The notes beneath the pieces were generated by a model. That model searched no databases, was not told where the DNA came from, and saw only the letters and a program-made list of their open reading frames with translations. Shown piece by piece: positions 48,299-62,716 of a stretch of DNA of 64,000 nucleotides (within the stretch, counting starts at the first letter, position 1; each line of letters starts with the position of its first letter). Position numbers and translations under genes: made by a program. Source of the stretch: Marsupella aquatica (lineage: Eukaryota > Plantae > Marchantiophyta); NCBI GenBank assembly GCA_973895155.1, contig OZ316892.1, positions 4,033,223 through 4,097,222 on the forward strand. Direction: 5' to 3'.

Positions 48299-49437
48299 AC
48301 CAGGGCACCAGGCCCGTGACCAAAGTGGGTTTGGTCACAGTAGGCTGAACAAAGTGGAAAAAAACCAACAAAAAAAACGAAACAGAAAAGACAAATCCAT
48401 AAATGTTCCCCTCACGTTTTTCTTCTGCCTACGTAAGCCATTATGATCTTGCCTGAATACAAATACCATATGCAATACATTGTATTTTGTTTTGGTCAAT
48501 TTAGAACAATGGAAACTATATAGAAGTCCGTATATATTTTTGACAAAAGTATCTTAAGGGCTTTTTTGTGGCTCCCCACCTTGTTCAGCCAACAATTTAC
48601 CTCCCTAATGATTGGGCCACATAAAATCAAGGAGGGCCGTGTTGGTAATCACACATCAAAATGTGGTTGCAATCATTGATTGAAAGAAAAAAATTAGGAT
48701 TATCATGGTATGCAAGGATGTCATACATAATATATGTCATATTTTGATGTGGAGTTACCAAAACTCATATGTCATATTTTGATGTGCAGTTACCGAGACC
48801 CAATATACAGTTGGGGATGGAATCAATAATGAAATGTCATTTGACTATGGTACATGGGTGTGATTATGTGAACGATGAGACCCTTGAGGTTCCCCTTTCC
48901 CCCTAGCCCACCATGATTGGCTCCTCTTCTCAGGTGCAGACTTTGCGCTGCAGAGTGATTGATTGAATGTGAATTCTGTCATGGACCCACTATGGGGAGC
49001 CCACCAGGTTCCCTCTCATTGGCCGGTTGTACCGAGTGTGTCACTCCTGCTGCAGTAGTTAAATCTCTGGTTTAACTTCCTTGTTTTGGTCATGCTTCTC
49101 TCCTGGTTCCGGCCTCTCCAGTTTTCTTTGGACACCACTATCTTTGGACCACCCTGGGTGATGCCCCTTTTCGTGTGCCTACCTGTTGTATGTTGGCTTT
49201 TAGAATGAAATCAAATTGGTTATTTCAAGGCCAAAAAAAATTGCAAATTTTGAATTCAAAGTTTATTTTGGACAAAGGTTCCGGGGAAACTCATCCATAA
49301 GTCTTACACCAATGTCCTACTTCAGTCTCTCCTTAACCAGTGAAATCTTTAAAAAATGTTCCCTTGAAAGTCTAAAGCAGACCCATACAATAGAGGAATT
49401 GCTTGAAAATCAAAAGCAGATCCATCCAACACAGGAA

Positions 49438-49695
49438 AGATGTTCTGCTCCGGAGCATGCAATTCTGATTGGTAGCCAAGCTACAAGGGGGGGGATACCC
49501 AGGGAGCTGAGAGGGACCCAGACCAAGAGGGAGAGAGGGTTGAACTAGGGCCCCAAAGCGGACCAGCCAGAGGCTGAAGAGTAACCAATACTCCCCCACT
49601 ACACCCCACCCCACACGCATATATACCCTCCACACTCCTGCATGTGGAGAGGGATTGAAACGGGACATCTGGGTTCTAGGCTAATCCCCTGGCCA
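49438..49695 (-). mobile_element. tRNA-derived SINE-like element, copy B (inverted relative to copy A)
   Basis: The reverse complement reads TGGCCAGGGGATTAGCCTAGAACC...GTTTCAATCC...GGGTGGGGTGTAGTGG...GGTCTGGGTCCCT...AGAATTGCATGCTC.GGAGCAGAACATCT, collinear with 38486-38729. Confidence 0.65.
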
Positions 49696-49704
49696 AATGA
49701 TGTC

Positions 49705-49915
49705 TTACACCAAGGGCCCACTTTGGTCTCTCTAATCTTTAAAGTTTTTCATTTATGACTCGTACACCACGGACCCCCTTCAGTCTCTCCTTTACTAGGG
49801 AAATCTTTAAAGTTTTTAATTTATGACTCTTACACCAAGGACCCCCTTCCCTTCAGTCTCTCCTTCATTAGGTAAATCTTTAACATTTTTTTCATTTATG
49901 ACTCGTACACCAAGG
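49705..49915. repeat. ~70-80-bp tandem repeat x3
   Basis: ATTTATGACTC.TACACCA.GG.CCCCCTTCAGTCTCTCCTT...AAATCTTTAA recurs; a related copy lies at ~49300-49355. Confidence 0.75.
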
Positions 49916-51055
49916 GTCTCTGATTAAACCACCACGGTCCACAAGACAATAAAATGAACTTTATTAGTTTTTTAGAACATTATTCACTCATTTTAGTAAC
50001 CGGCAGGATCCACCAGGTTTTGCTTCAGGAAGTAGCCCATGAACTAGCTTCATCTAGAGAGTTTTCCCTTTTGCTAAGACATTTACTTGATGGACTCACA
50101 AAATGAAAAATGTTACTTGATGGACCCCATGAGTGATCCATGCCATTTATAGACCTTGAATCAATGTACCCAAAATCTCATGGGGTTGGTTGGGAAGAAA
50201 ACTTTGGTTTGTGGTCCATCAAGTAAATGTCTCATATTTGCTAGTGTGGCAAATGTCACCTTGCGTGTGTAAAGGAGAAGATGCTACAAGTATTCTTTAT
50301 CTGAATTTCCCATACTGTTTTTTGACTCTAAGATTTTTCTGGATTTAAGAATGACCTAACCCTTGGGAAGAATCTCCCTAAACGCCCGGAAACTGCAAAG
50401 GTTCCAATTGAGCTGGTAAATCCCTTGGATGTGGAAACTGCTCAGTGGGATGAGAGACAAGAGACTATTCGGAGGAATTTGGAAGCAATGGAAGAATGCG
50501 GGCAAGTTGCATGGCACTTTTTGGTCAGTGGAAAATTGGGCTGCACCGGTGGCTTTTTGTTGTCCTCTTCCTATTAGGAGTGTGGAGCCTTCGCCCCATA
50601 GTAGTGGTGATCCTGCTGGGGGGATGGAGTCTGGTTAGGATGGTGGAGCAGATGGGATGGTTGGTTATTCAACTCCTCAATGTGCTACATGTCAATGTGA
50701 TGCTACATCCCTAATTCATAGATGTATAGATGTGTGTTCACAGAGCTAGTATGGGCTAGCTAGTACCTGGGGATCTTGGATGGCAAATATAGCAAATCAA
50801 TGATATGTGCCAAAAGTTTGCAAAGATTATGGCTAACTGAGTGATGCCCGTCAATCCAACAATCAGTTCTCTTAATGAATACGTAACTATTTCAACGCGC
50901 AGAGATGCGTGCTCAAATTCCTTGGCCGCCTTGCCTTTCAGCCCCTTGAACAAGAATCGGCTGCTAGGGCCATCTTACGAGATGCAGCTCTCGATCGGGG
51001 CCCTCATTTCCCACATAGGGATGAGCTTGGGGAAAGGATGGGGCTTGGTGACGTA

Positions 51056-51693
51056 ATTGTCTGGCTGCACGCCGGGATACTCTATCTCTGACTCCATTTT
51101 TTTTATGCTTCCTCGAGATTGAAGGAGTTTGAGTGGATCAAAGTGGAAGCCAACTTGGTGGCAGGATTCATAGGCAGCCTCTTGTCAGCTCTTTGTTTGC
51201 AGAATCAGCTCGGGGGGTTCACCTAGACAGTGTATATATGCTAGTACCATGTGCGATCCTAGCCTAATTAAAATATACCTAGATCAACATTATTTATAAC
51301 AAGGCTTGGTTATATTTATTTAAAATGTAACCAAATTTTGAAAACAAAATAGTTATGTTTATTGTCCAAAATGAAAATTTTAGAAGTTAAAATACCCCTT
51401 AATATATAATTGTCCCCCAAAAAATAAAGTAGGTATATCTCCCCAATTTGCTAAGCAAAAATATGGGTATTTTAATTAGGCTAGGATCGCACGTGGTACT
51501 AGCATATATACACTGTCTAGGTGAACCCCTCGAGCTGATTCTGCAAACAAAGAGCCGACAAGAGGCTGCCTTATGAATCCTGCCACCAAGTTGGCTTCCA
51601 CTTTGATCCACTCAAACGCGTACTCCTTCAATCTCGAGGAAGCATAAAAAAAATGGAGTCAAGATAGAGTATCCCGGCGTGCTGCCAGACAAT
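51056..51693. repeat. Long inverted repeat (~220-bp arms, ~190-bp AT-rich spacer); foldback/MITE-like
   Basis: 51056-51275 is a near-perfect reverse complement of 51468-51693, with few substitutions and small indels. Confidence 0.9.
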
Positions 51694-53789
51694 ATCTATT
51701 TAAATAAAAATAAATATAATCAAGCCTTGTTATATATATTATGTATTTTTCAAGGCATTTTATATGTAGACTAATAGGACAATGCCAGATGGATCAATAA
51801 AATTGTTACATTTATCATATATGTAATATGTTTTGGAAATACACCTATTTTGTAAATTACTTTTTCCCTAAAATGAAAAATAATGAAGTGCCCTATTTTA
51901 CTTTATAAAGTCATCCAATGGCATAAAAACACCTTCTTAAGTTTGCATCTTACGTTTTTTAATACTAAAGATAATTTTTATCAAAAATACATATTTTGGA
52001 TCGCATTTAGTTCCTAAAGTTTTCATAGTCGACCCCCCGAGAGAATCAGATGTCCATGGGCGCGTAAGGGGCACTTATGGGGCTGCTGGAAGCCACTATA
52101 GCCAAGATGCTTAAGTGGTCAATGAACCCAACAGCAAGCCATTTTCAATGTTGCAAGTCGCTTGCAGCATTGCTTTTGACACTCAATCTGACATTCGGGC
52201 TGATGCCTCATGTCAACAACTTTGCGCACACATTGGGGGCCTGACCTGTGGCCTCAATTTGCAGCATAGATACTCGGTCAAAGTGCATTAGGAGGCCAGA
52301 TCCTGATGCCAACTTTGTCAATAAAAACATTCTCAAGCGCAATGCGATGGAGATGCTTGCTTTCTAAGTAATCTAACAGGGAACATAAGTAGTGGAAAGA
52401 GAAAAGAAATACTTCCATAAGGCAGTGAGTCACTGCAATCAAATTATTCAGTTATGCACGTCCCAAGAACCACTGTGTCCACCTTATAAATGTAAGAAAA
52501 ACTATAAACAAAGTAATGAATTTAATCACCCCATGTAAGAGCTCTATGATTTCCGATAGCAAAGGTCCCATTTGGAGTCACGGTCTGTCTCTACAGGCCC
52601 AGTTATCAGACACCTTGCAATCAATTAAAGTCCATTCAACTCTATATAAACTTTGCCAAGTTCAAATGTCAAGGATCACAAATTGCACGACACGGGGCAT
52701 GACGCCATTGAAGCTTTGCATCACTCATCATTTATCTAGCAATAGCATTATTGATGCCAAGATTTGACATACAATCTTGAAAGGAGGAGATCCGTCTAGC
52801 TACAAGTTATGTTGCAATCCTTTCAATGGTAGAATGTGGACAGTGGTGGCTCTCTTTGCTAAAAACTGCGTTGGAATCCCTCCGATTGTAGCTCAAAATT
52901 CCGTCACAATGGTTCAGGAACCACCTTTATCATGTTTGTCTGGGGGGACAACCCGTTGTCGTTGGGGACAAAGGCTCTATGGTTATCATTTTTTTGTTTT
53001 GCCAAACCCGTTCTAAATCAGATTCTTTATCAAACTTCTAGCTCGCAATGTGGTGTTTAGTGACTTCAGATAGCAGAATCTTTGCCACTGTCTATAAATT
53101 TTGTAGCTATTCAATTTTGTAGAATTTGGGCAGTGAAGAGGGAGTTTGGTGTAATCACTCTATTCATTAAAACTAGAAAATTCTTTGATCTTTGGACATT
53201 TGGGCACTCGAATACATATTTTTGGGCACAAGAATTGTATATTTGGGCACCATTTAATGTACATTTGGGAAACTCTCCATACTAAAAGCAATTTTACACA
53301 AGAAATTTGATTGTCACAAATTAAGCGTACTAGAGCCTTCATTATAGGCCACACAAGAATCCATATGGAAAAAAGTGCATGTACAATGCTTCACATGAGA
53401 GTTATATAGTTGAGCATGTGGGAGAAAGAATAACAATTGGATGGGTGACCTCTCACTTGAAGCTATTTTGCTAGTTTCCATATTCTCCTCACGTAGGGTG
53501 TTGGCTATTGATCAACGTAGATAGTAGTGGGTGCAGCGGCTGAACCAAATATTTGGGGCTCCACTGCTCCACATCGCGCTGTCTATCAAGATTGTATAAT
53601 TTCCATCCATCCATCAGTTGTATAAGTTCCATCTTGCTGTCTATTAAGATATAAGCTGGATATTGCTAGTTTTTAAAATAATACAACTGTCACTATCGCT
53701 GGCCAAAGTTTCACCATCCCAGAGGCAAACTTAACTCTCCATCAATGACCAACAAACCTCTTCTCCTCACAAAAGTACCTACCAAAGAG

Positions 53790-54410
53790 ACAACAATTGT
53801 TGGCTCTAGATGATCTTGACAGAGGTAAAATAGTGATCCTTAATAACCAAAGAAATCATTCTAAAGATTCTCAACTATCATTAATTAAACCCTTACACAA
53901 ATGTAAAATAAGTTGCTAGCTAGCTATAGTTGTTCTTGAGGAAAAATTGAGACTCTTAATTGCCTCAAAAAGTCATTGTAGCAATTTCTAACCATCAAGA
54001 GACCCAATGAAAAGCTTACACAATTGTTGGCTCTAGATGATTTCAAGGTAAAATCAAGGCCCCTAAATTTCCAAGGAAACTGCTCTAAAGATGCTTCACT
54101 ATCAAGAAATATGTATCCAAAGCTTACACAATTGTTGGCTCTAGATGATCTCGAGGTAAAACAATGGCCTCTAAACTTCCAAGGAAACGATTATGAAGAT
54201 GTTTTACTATCAAGAAATACGTATCCAAAACTTACACAAATGTTGGCTCTAGATGATCTCAAGCTAAAATAAAGGCCTCTAAACTTCCAAGGAAACGGTT
54301 GTGAAGATGCTTCACTATCAAGATATACGTATCCAAAGCTTACACAAATGTTGGCTCTAGATGATCTTGAGGTAAAATCAAGGCCCCTAAATTTCCGAGG
54401 AAACTCCCAG
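53790..54410. repeat. 108-bp tandem repeat (4 clear copies plus degenerate upstream copies)
   Basis: TTGGCTCTAGATGAT at 54027, 54135, 54243, 54351 and 53801. Confidence 0.9.
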
Positions 54411-55389
54411 ATTAAAGGCATGTGAGCTTTTGGCCTATGTGCGAGATTATGTAACAATGACCCCTTTCCTGTAAGTTTGGGCCCAAATCTTTAAATTCCA
54501 AAATTCTTTGAAAGGAGACCTGTGACAGTGCGTTTTCCAACCCCCTAACCACTGAAGCCCGCACTGAAGCGACCATCAACCCGCCGTCTACCACTGGTTT
54601 ACGGCTTGCTGATAGCCACTTCAACTGCTATCGGCCTGAAAAACATGCTAACCTTCCTTAGCCACACTTGCTGGAATGATTCTGTCACGGGACTTGTGAA
54701 ACCCTGTTGTGCCTAATCCTCACTCTTCTCCTTGACTCAATTGGGTATGTTTGTATTTTTCCCCCAGAATGTGCCCATCGGCTTAGTCGCTTAAGGCGGC
54801 TGAGAGTCTTTCTTAAACTACACAATCCACACTTCATTGACAAAACACTCTCAATGCATCACATTCTCTCTGAGTTGGGTGTGACAGCCTCCAATCAAGC
54901 CAATGCTTCATGTCATGTGCTGCTACTTGAAAATTCACACTACCTGTCATGTGATGCTACATGAAAATAGTAGTAGCCTATAACTAGCCGACCAGTTCAT
55001 TGAACGTGAATAGATATGAGAAAAGATACGTCATATCATATCTGTCAATTTAAATATTGAAATACATGGGTATATTCTATATTATTACCTACACCCTTAA
55101 GGGCTAGCGTAGTAGCTGTATCGATGGGAGTCACAAGCCACTACAATTAACTGAGCTACACCCAAGGACATAAAGTGAATTTTATTATTAATTAACAGAG
55201 TTGAGACCCACAAGGCACACTTCATGCTACCTGTCATGTTTAGTTTTCCATGCGATGGACCTGGTCGAGGTGGGACAAGTTTCTGCATGGGTGATGCTAC
55301 ATGAAATAGTAGTAGCCCTAAAAGCTTCTTCAAATAATTGACAAAGAGCTAGCCATTTCACCATAGCCCTTGACTCTCAAGGACACAAT

Positions 55390-56690
55390 TGACCTCTTCA
55401 CAAGCGGCCTCCCTAATCCATCAAGTAACTCTCGACCTCTTCACAAGCGGCCTCCCTAATCCATCAAGTAACTCTCTTTACATGCAGCCCATACTCCACC
55501 AACTCTCTTCATAGGTGACCCTTATTTCAAATGCTGTAGAGTACTCCAGGCACAACTCCACCCCCATTCCCATCTTGACCCCCACCCTGAATTTGATTAT
55601 TGTCCCATAAATTAGTGAATATAAACAGACACCCAGACAAATCCTCCAGGCAAATCCTACCAAAAAAAGGATTATATAACACTATATCTGGTACATTTTT
55701 GTCCATCTTGATGTATTTGGTCCACTTTACTCTTCTGTTTTGTCCTTATTTTCCTTATTAAGAGTTAAGGCTTAGAGACTTTGTCCTCATTAAAAGTTAA
55801 GGCTTTTAGACTTCACTCTACAAAGTAACCTTCAAAGTAACTTTGCATTGCGTTCTCTTATTCACATGTGTCCTATTGCAATTGCAATATTAATAGACTT
55901 ACGGACCAGAAGGCACGGCCATAAAACCTTCAAACAACTGTGAAGTGACTTTACTTTTCTGTTTTGTCCTTATTAAGAGTTCATTCTTAGAGACTTCACT
56001 TTACAAAGTAGCCTTCAAAAGTAACTTTGCATTGGGTTTTCTTAAACCACACCTGCCACTATAAAAGCCTCATTCCGAGTCTCACTACTCACCATAAAAG
56101 ATGGAACACTAGCACCTTACTTTTCTGTTTTGTCCTTATTAAGAGTTCCTTCTTAGAGACTTCACTTTACAAAGTAGCCTTCAAAAGTAACTTTGCATTG
56201 GGTTTTCTTAAACCACACTTGCCACTATAAAAGCCTCATTCCGTGTCTCACTACTCACCATAAAAGATGGAACACTAGCACCTTTTGTGGAGTACTTGCC
56301 AAAAAAAGGTTACAGGCGGCACCTTTTGTGGAGCTCAAACTTGTGATCCTTATAATGAGAGCTACGGGTTACCCATAGCCCTTTATAGGGGCAGGTGTAG
56401 TTTAATAAGATACGTCCAATTGCAATATTAATAGACTTACGGACCAGAAGGCCCGGCCATAAAACCTTCAAACAACTGTGAAATGACACGCCCTACTGTT
56501 ATTAAATTGTCCGTCAATTAAATTCCACTGTCCCGTGACTCAGACCGACTACAATAATAGAACGACTACAATCGAGAGAAATTCCTATCACTATCCCGTG
56601 ACTTAGAACGACTACAATAGAACGACTACAATCGAGAGAAATCCCAATCACTATCCTGTCACTTGGAACGACTACAATCGAGAGTGACGC
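55390..56690. repeat. Cluster of tandem duplications within a TE-like block (~44-bp x2, ~166-bp x2-3, and short GACTACAAT-containing repeats)
   Basis: GACCTCTTCACAAGCGGCCTCCCTAATCCATCAAGTAACTCT x2 (55391, 55434). CTTTACAAAGTAGCCTTCAAAAGTAACTTTGCATTGGG block at ~55999 and ~56165. ~55880-55944 is repeated at ~56418-56482. Confidence 0.8.
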
Positions 56691-58690
56691 CATACACAGC
56701 ATGGACTACAGCACACAATCCCTGATGCTGTGCACTGCAGTCTGTGTTTGCACGAGCTCAGGATGGGTAGGCCTTTATTCTGGGCACGAACCATGGACTG
56801 CAGGACACAATCCCCGATGCTGTGCATTGCACTCATGTCTGCTCGAGCATCAGTATGGGTAGGCCTTTGTTCTGGGCACGAACCACCAAAGACGACTCAT
56901 CTTTGCCGAAGAGCCTGGTAGAGGGTTGCGAATAGGGATCTGTTGGGAACCTCTTACACGACAAAGTGGGCTAGACTTAATTAGAAAAACCTATTTGACA
57001 TAGAATGCATCCTCTGAAAATATTCTTTGGGTTCCCTTTGAAACTCAACTAGACTGTCCAGGACACTGTTGGAACGAATGGAAGTAGTTCCTACCCTGAC
57101 GTCTGAGCAAGACGTGTTACTATGCTTTGTGTACATACGAATTATGATGAACATACACATGAGTTCGGCTTCAATCGCCAATCAACATGTGAGCAGACCC
57201 AGATGTTGACAAATCAGTCATGTAGACCTATCCTTAGCTGCAATCACAGGTTTCTTATCCAAAGCTTTGGTAAACATGCCCTTGGTTTACACCTTCTGGG
57301 GAACTCAGACAGCATCCAGGTGCTCTACACAGAAATGAATTCACTCAAAGTGCTTAGCATTGCGAATGCTTAACGACTCAACCGAGCAGCTCACGTAATA
57401 CTTGCACTCCCACTCGTAGCAACAAATCTAACTCAAATTCATCACATCGATTTCATCGGATTGTCTCAAGATGACAAATAATTGGAAGATCTCCTTCCCA
57501 ATGTGGTACGTCGCAGTCAATGTGCAGACCATAGTTCATGAATCCCAGAACTTATAATAATGAAGTCCCCACAGCCAGGTTAAAACTTTCCGTATTGAAG
57601 AAGCTCTGAATGAAAGCGTCATGAATCTCCCAATTTCCCGACGATCAATGAGGAGTCTGGCCACCAGGACCGATAGCTTGATGTCCTCGCTCGATCAATC
57701 CTTCCTGTACAAGTTTCAATAGCAAGCAAATGTAAGTCCTACCTGGACAACAAAACAAATTTTCATAAAAGTTAAAATCCAGAATCCCAACTTCAGATGT
57801 CTTAACAATGATTTTAATCCATCATCGTCCCATTTGCATCTACAGAAACTTTTCTTCAATGTTACTACTCACATCAATATTGAGTTCGGTCGCACATCTG
57901 TTGCATCGTAGGAGGTTGGAAGTTGTTAAATCCTTGAGAGATCCCCAATGGCTGCTCCGTGCTTTATTCCACCTGTCTTATGGTACCAGAGCACCTGAAG
58001 ACTGTTCGCTTTGTGAACGCAATTGACAATGCTTTGTCCATTGCTCATAATCAAGGAAAGCAGCTAACCTGTGAATATATCCATAGGTGTAAGTCTTGCC
58101 TTTCCAACAGATTGGCTGATGCTTCCCATATTTCCGAAGTATGGCCAAAGGGGTCCACATCACAGAATACATTATGAATCTGATGATGAATTCCAACCGT
58201 CTAATTAAGCCTGTCTCAAAAAATATGGTTGGGTAAGCTGTGATGTTCCACCTATACTAGACAGTCGACAGAGATGTTTCTGGCCTATGCTCAGTGCCAT
58301 AAACCACAAATTGATTTTCAAATTGATTAGGACGAATGTCCATCAAATGTAACGGCATCTCTTGTCTAGAGATAAGAGAAATAAGGAACGCCAAAAGCTG
58401 TAAGGACACTGAATTGGATGCTGCACGAAAGGCGACCAATAAGTTGGCCATGAAAGAGTCCTCACGTCATATAACGTGATAAGCATTTGAGCATCGGGAC
58501 AGGAAGTGCAATTTCTTGATCAGAGATGAGATAGCTGTAGGTACTGGATTGCTTTACTGCGTCGAGATGTTTATGGCTTTGTACAGCTTTTCACAGCTCG
58601 AAAAACCAGGAAGAGTTCAGAGTGCGCAAACATTGTGCACAAACGGTATCTTCCACTCGTAGAAATATTGAGACAAACATTGGAGGCATG

Positions 58691-61600
58691 CTATGTGGTA
58701 GACTTCCCCACTGCCAAAGGAAATGGGTCTTGCTTACTTAAAACCACAACCTTACTTTTGTGTGACAAGTACCCTCTCATCATACTTTTATGGATTAAGG
58801 TAGCCATAATGCATTCTACCTGTAAGAAAGCCACAGAAAGCCAATCAGGAAAATTCCATGCATGGTAAAGTCGCCGCAATCAGAAAATGACAAATTCGAG
58901 ACAAAGCTTGAAGCTGAACTGCAATAACACGATACGAGTTTTAGGCTGGCAGATAGTAACCTCGTCTAAGTCCATGTCTATTTCCAGCCATTTCAAAGCC
59001 TTGACTATGTCATTCATCTTAATTTGATGGGCTTTGCTAGAATCCTTTTGTTTCTGAATCAGATGTCTGCAACAAAAATTCACACTCATGAGGTCCTGCA
59101 AGAACTTGAACCTGTGAAAAGTTGTTTTTAAATTCCACGAACAGTGCATGATTTTCGAAGAAACTTTGAATCCAATCAACAATTACGATACTTACATTTT
59201 CTTTATCAACCTTTGATAGACCTGAAGCTCTAGCTTCTCCAAAACCAGATACACACCAGAACGCAAAAACCTTCATGCAAGCAACGTGGCTCGGATTAGC
59301 AACATCACATGATATTACAACGCGCTAGGTAGAGAGCAAAACCCAGCATGAAAAACTGTCAAAACAATCGCAATATGGAGATTTAGTCGCCGTACTGGTC
59401 CTCGTGGTCTTGCAGTGCATGTCTGAGTTGACGTATGTCCCCCTTCCTCAGGGCATGTAAAATATCCTTGTACTGGACACCAAATAGGCAGAGCAAAATT
59501 AGCAATCCGGAGGACAGATTCGACTACTGACCAATATGTGAGTAAGGAGCTGAAAATCATGAGAGGCCTACCCTGGAGAAGACGAAGAACACTGTTTACT
59601 GAAAAACACTAGAACACTCCTTACAGCACAAAACTTGTCGACACACCCAAGAAGGACCACCAGTGGTTAAACCCAAAGATATCTGCTGGTTAACTTCCAC
59701 TGAAAGAATAGCGCTCCCACTTTATCCCGATCAATCCATTGCGTCTTAAGAAACAACACGTACCTCGAGAAGGTTGTACTTGCGCAGAAGCCACTCATTT
59801 GGAAGGACATATAGAGACAATTTGACTGGAATCAAGTACTTCAGGATCATTCTGTTGCACCATAGTTACAAGAAAGGTAAGCCTGATGTAAGGATAATAA
59901 ATGGAACTCCATTGAATCAAAGTCCGACAATCATCTGTCTTGAAGAGGTCAGTAATAAGGGTTTAGGCCATAGGCTATAGAGTTCTTCAATAATAACAAG
60001 GACCTTCAACACATTAAAAATGTCGATAAATCCTGACCACTAGAACAATATTTGGCTGTAGTTGAGCACACACCTAATATTAGCCACCTTTGCTGTGTCG
60101 CAATGCGTCAAGGCATAACTGAGTTTTTTATCTGCCTGCATCAACACGTCGCTCAATTACGTTACCTACTTGACCAGGATATAAAGCGTCGTCTACCACA
60201 AGAAATATCACGAACTAGAAATATAACCGATGAAAGCACAGAAAAGTCCGTCAGTTGCCCACTTTGTCATCACGGTCTAATATTTGGAAGAGACATCATA
60301 GTATCCAAGCATTCAACAAATCATGATGAAGTGACACACGCAGATACACTGAAGTGCAACGATTGAGAAGCACTTCAAACATGTAATACCTTATTAACAG
60401 ATCAGATTTAAGGGTTATATCTGCACTTACCTGTACGAAATTTTCATTGAAGACATCCAGCCTCCCAGTGTAATACATATACGTAACCTACAACACATTG
60501 CAACAACATTACCGTTACACGGTTCGAGATATGTCTTTGAGTAGTATCGATAGATGGATTCAGTCTTTCTGATTGAGAGAGACAACGGAGGTGTGGAAGT
60601 GCAAAATGGAAGCGCCTAATTTTGAAATGATTGTGAAAATACGTTTGACAGCAATCGAAGCAGGTCAGACGATCCAAATACCTTGTCTCTTTTAGGGAAC
60701 TCTTCAAAGTCAAAAGTATCAATGCTTCTAATCGCACTTCTGCAAAGGTGGACTGTTCCCAACTGCCAACAGATAGATAACGCGAGTTCAGCTCTATCCA
60801 GAATAGGTCTTGTTAGTAATAAGACCTATCGTACACCTTCTGACTCAGGCAAGAATTTTTAGAATATAATAAGTTACTAGAAAGATTCAAACGTCACGCA
60901 CGAGCTGAAAGAGCCAGACCTTGCTGGTGATAAATAAGATGGAAACCCCACCTTGAAGTACACTTTGAAGAGTTGGCATGTTACATAAAGTGCACCGACT
61001 CTTTTTGGCCCTTTACCCTGCACAAATTAACTACTAGATTAGACATATTCGCTCTCTGTGAAAAGTCACTGAGAGAACGAACATCAAACAAGGTCGAATC
61101 CTGGTATTTGAAGACAATTTCAAGTCTTAACAATAGCCCTAACTACCATCACTTAGAGATATGCTCAAGCCGGACAAACTTTTCACAACACAATGTATCT
61201 CACCGCCAGAGCTGAGAACACTTTCATAAGAAAAGACCCAGCGCCTTTTAGTTTGTCGGGGATCTTTCCATGATTTGCCAACTCTCGATCGGCCTGTTTC
61301 AGAAGACTATTAGTCAACTCAAAGTAAAGTTGAGTTGATCCATTATGCACATTCTTCACAAAAGATTTGACCTAAAGACACAAGTCGATGCCCACATTCG
61401 GACATGTGAGAGAACCTGTGGAGTGTATGAAACCCAACGAATATTCCAGCTGCGAATAAGCAAAGCTCGCAGTCACACCTTGTGCAACATACATTCTCCA
61501 TCGAGGACTACCGTTGACTGAGAGAAAACCTACCAGTTCAGCAAGAGTCCGCAACTCAAATGTCATTGTATGAAGGGCACTCATCGCCCATGCAGACTCC

Positions 61601-62210
61601 CAATTGCGAAACTCCTGAAGAAAAGGGCTGCAGAGAAAATGAAGGAGAGACACATATCTTCTAACAAAATCCTCACACTCAGTTAACCCTAAAACCCAAT
61701 AAAGGCAACGCATCAGAATGAGAAGTCTCAAGAAAATTGGTTCACAAGGATACTTTGCTGATTTCTCGAGAGCACTGTACGCGTCGACATAGCGTCGGTG
61801 CCTGTATGACTGCATGCACCGCATGTACTGTACCAGCATGTCACCCAAAGGTGCATGCTTATCCACCTGCTTTGCAAAACGACTCAGGTCCTGTTCCGGT
61901 ACGATAGTCAGGACACCGTTAGCACATGCACATGACGACCGATGACAGAGGACAATGGAGACATTGCAAGCAGAAATAAAAGAAACATGAAGGAAAGAGA
62001 GAGACAAAGAAAGAGAAAGAAAATGAAGGAAACGACGAGGTAGTGCACCTTCACGTGATCCAGAGCGCTGCCAACAGAATCGCGGAACTGTGATGTCGAG
62101 ATGGACATGAGAGCCGCCAAGCCGTGCCCATTCTGAGAATTGATGCAGTCGATGAAGCGATTGACAAAGTCCTGGATCCTCTTTTGCCCCTCCAGCGTTC
62201 CGTAAGCCAT
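58691..62210 (-). CDS. EER5: PCI domain-containing protein 2 / THP1 (ENHANCED ETHYLENE RESPONSE 5), TREX-2 subunit, 13 exons
   Basis: Spliced GT-AG exons encode FLQEFRNWESAWAM, LGTVHLCRSAIRSI, FPKRDKVTYMYYTGRL, ILKYLIPVKLS, FLRSGVYLVLEKLELQVYQRL, KALKWLEIDMDLDEVECI, GYLSHKSKVVVLSKQDPFP. ATG at 62210, TAG at 58691. Confidence 0.93.
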
Positions 62211-62681
62211 TCCCGAGCGAAGGGGAGGGCTCTTCCCAACAAAAGCGTTGTCCGTCCGTCCGCAGGTCCTTTGTTTCGCACGGGACAGAAGGCGAAAACA
62301 GGGCGTGATTCTTAATTTTCGTCAGTAGCTCGTTAGACCATGATAACCCAGAGTCCCAATTGCTGCAGACACATTCAAGTAAACTGCACCAGCCATCATT
62401 GCATAAATTTTAGTACGTCAAATTCAAAGATCTCCGAATGCTGAACAAGCCCGTGCACAGACAGAATGCTCGTAAAGCTGAGTTTCAACAAAATGCTAAG
62501 ACCTAACGAAATCGAGACAGAGAGTGAGTAGATCGAGCTAAGATTCCTTTCAAGAGAGCTTTAAAAAATGCTTCACCTGGTCGCGAACCTTGAACAACAC
62601 AAAGGATTAATTGATAGAGCTCAGATTGCTGCACGAAGCCACAACAAAATGCATCAATCTGTAGTTGCAAACGAGCGCTCC

Positions 62682-62684
<3 letters not shown>

Positions 62685-62714
<30 letters not shown>
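62685..62714. repeat. (AG)15 microsatellite
   Basis: Direct reading; lies upstream of the EER5-like start codon. Confidence 0.95.

Positions 62715-62716
<2 letters not shown>

Noticed and set aside
54683-56490. Possible second solo LTR starting TGTCACGGG
   Set aside because: No matching CA end with a 5-bp TSD could be confirmed by eye.
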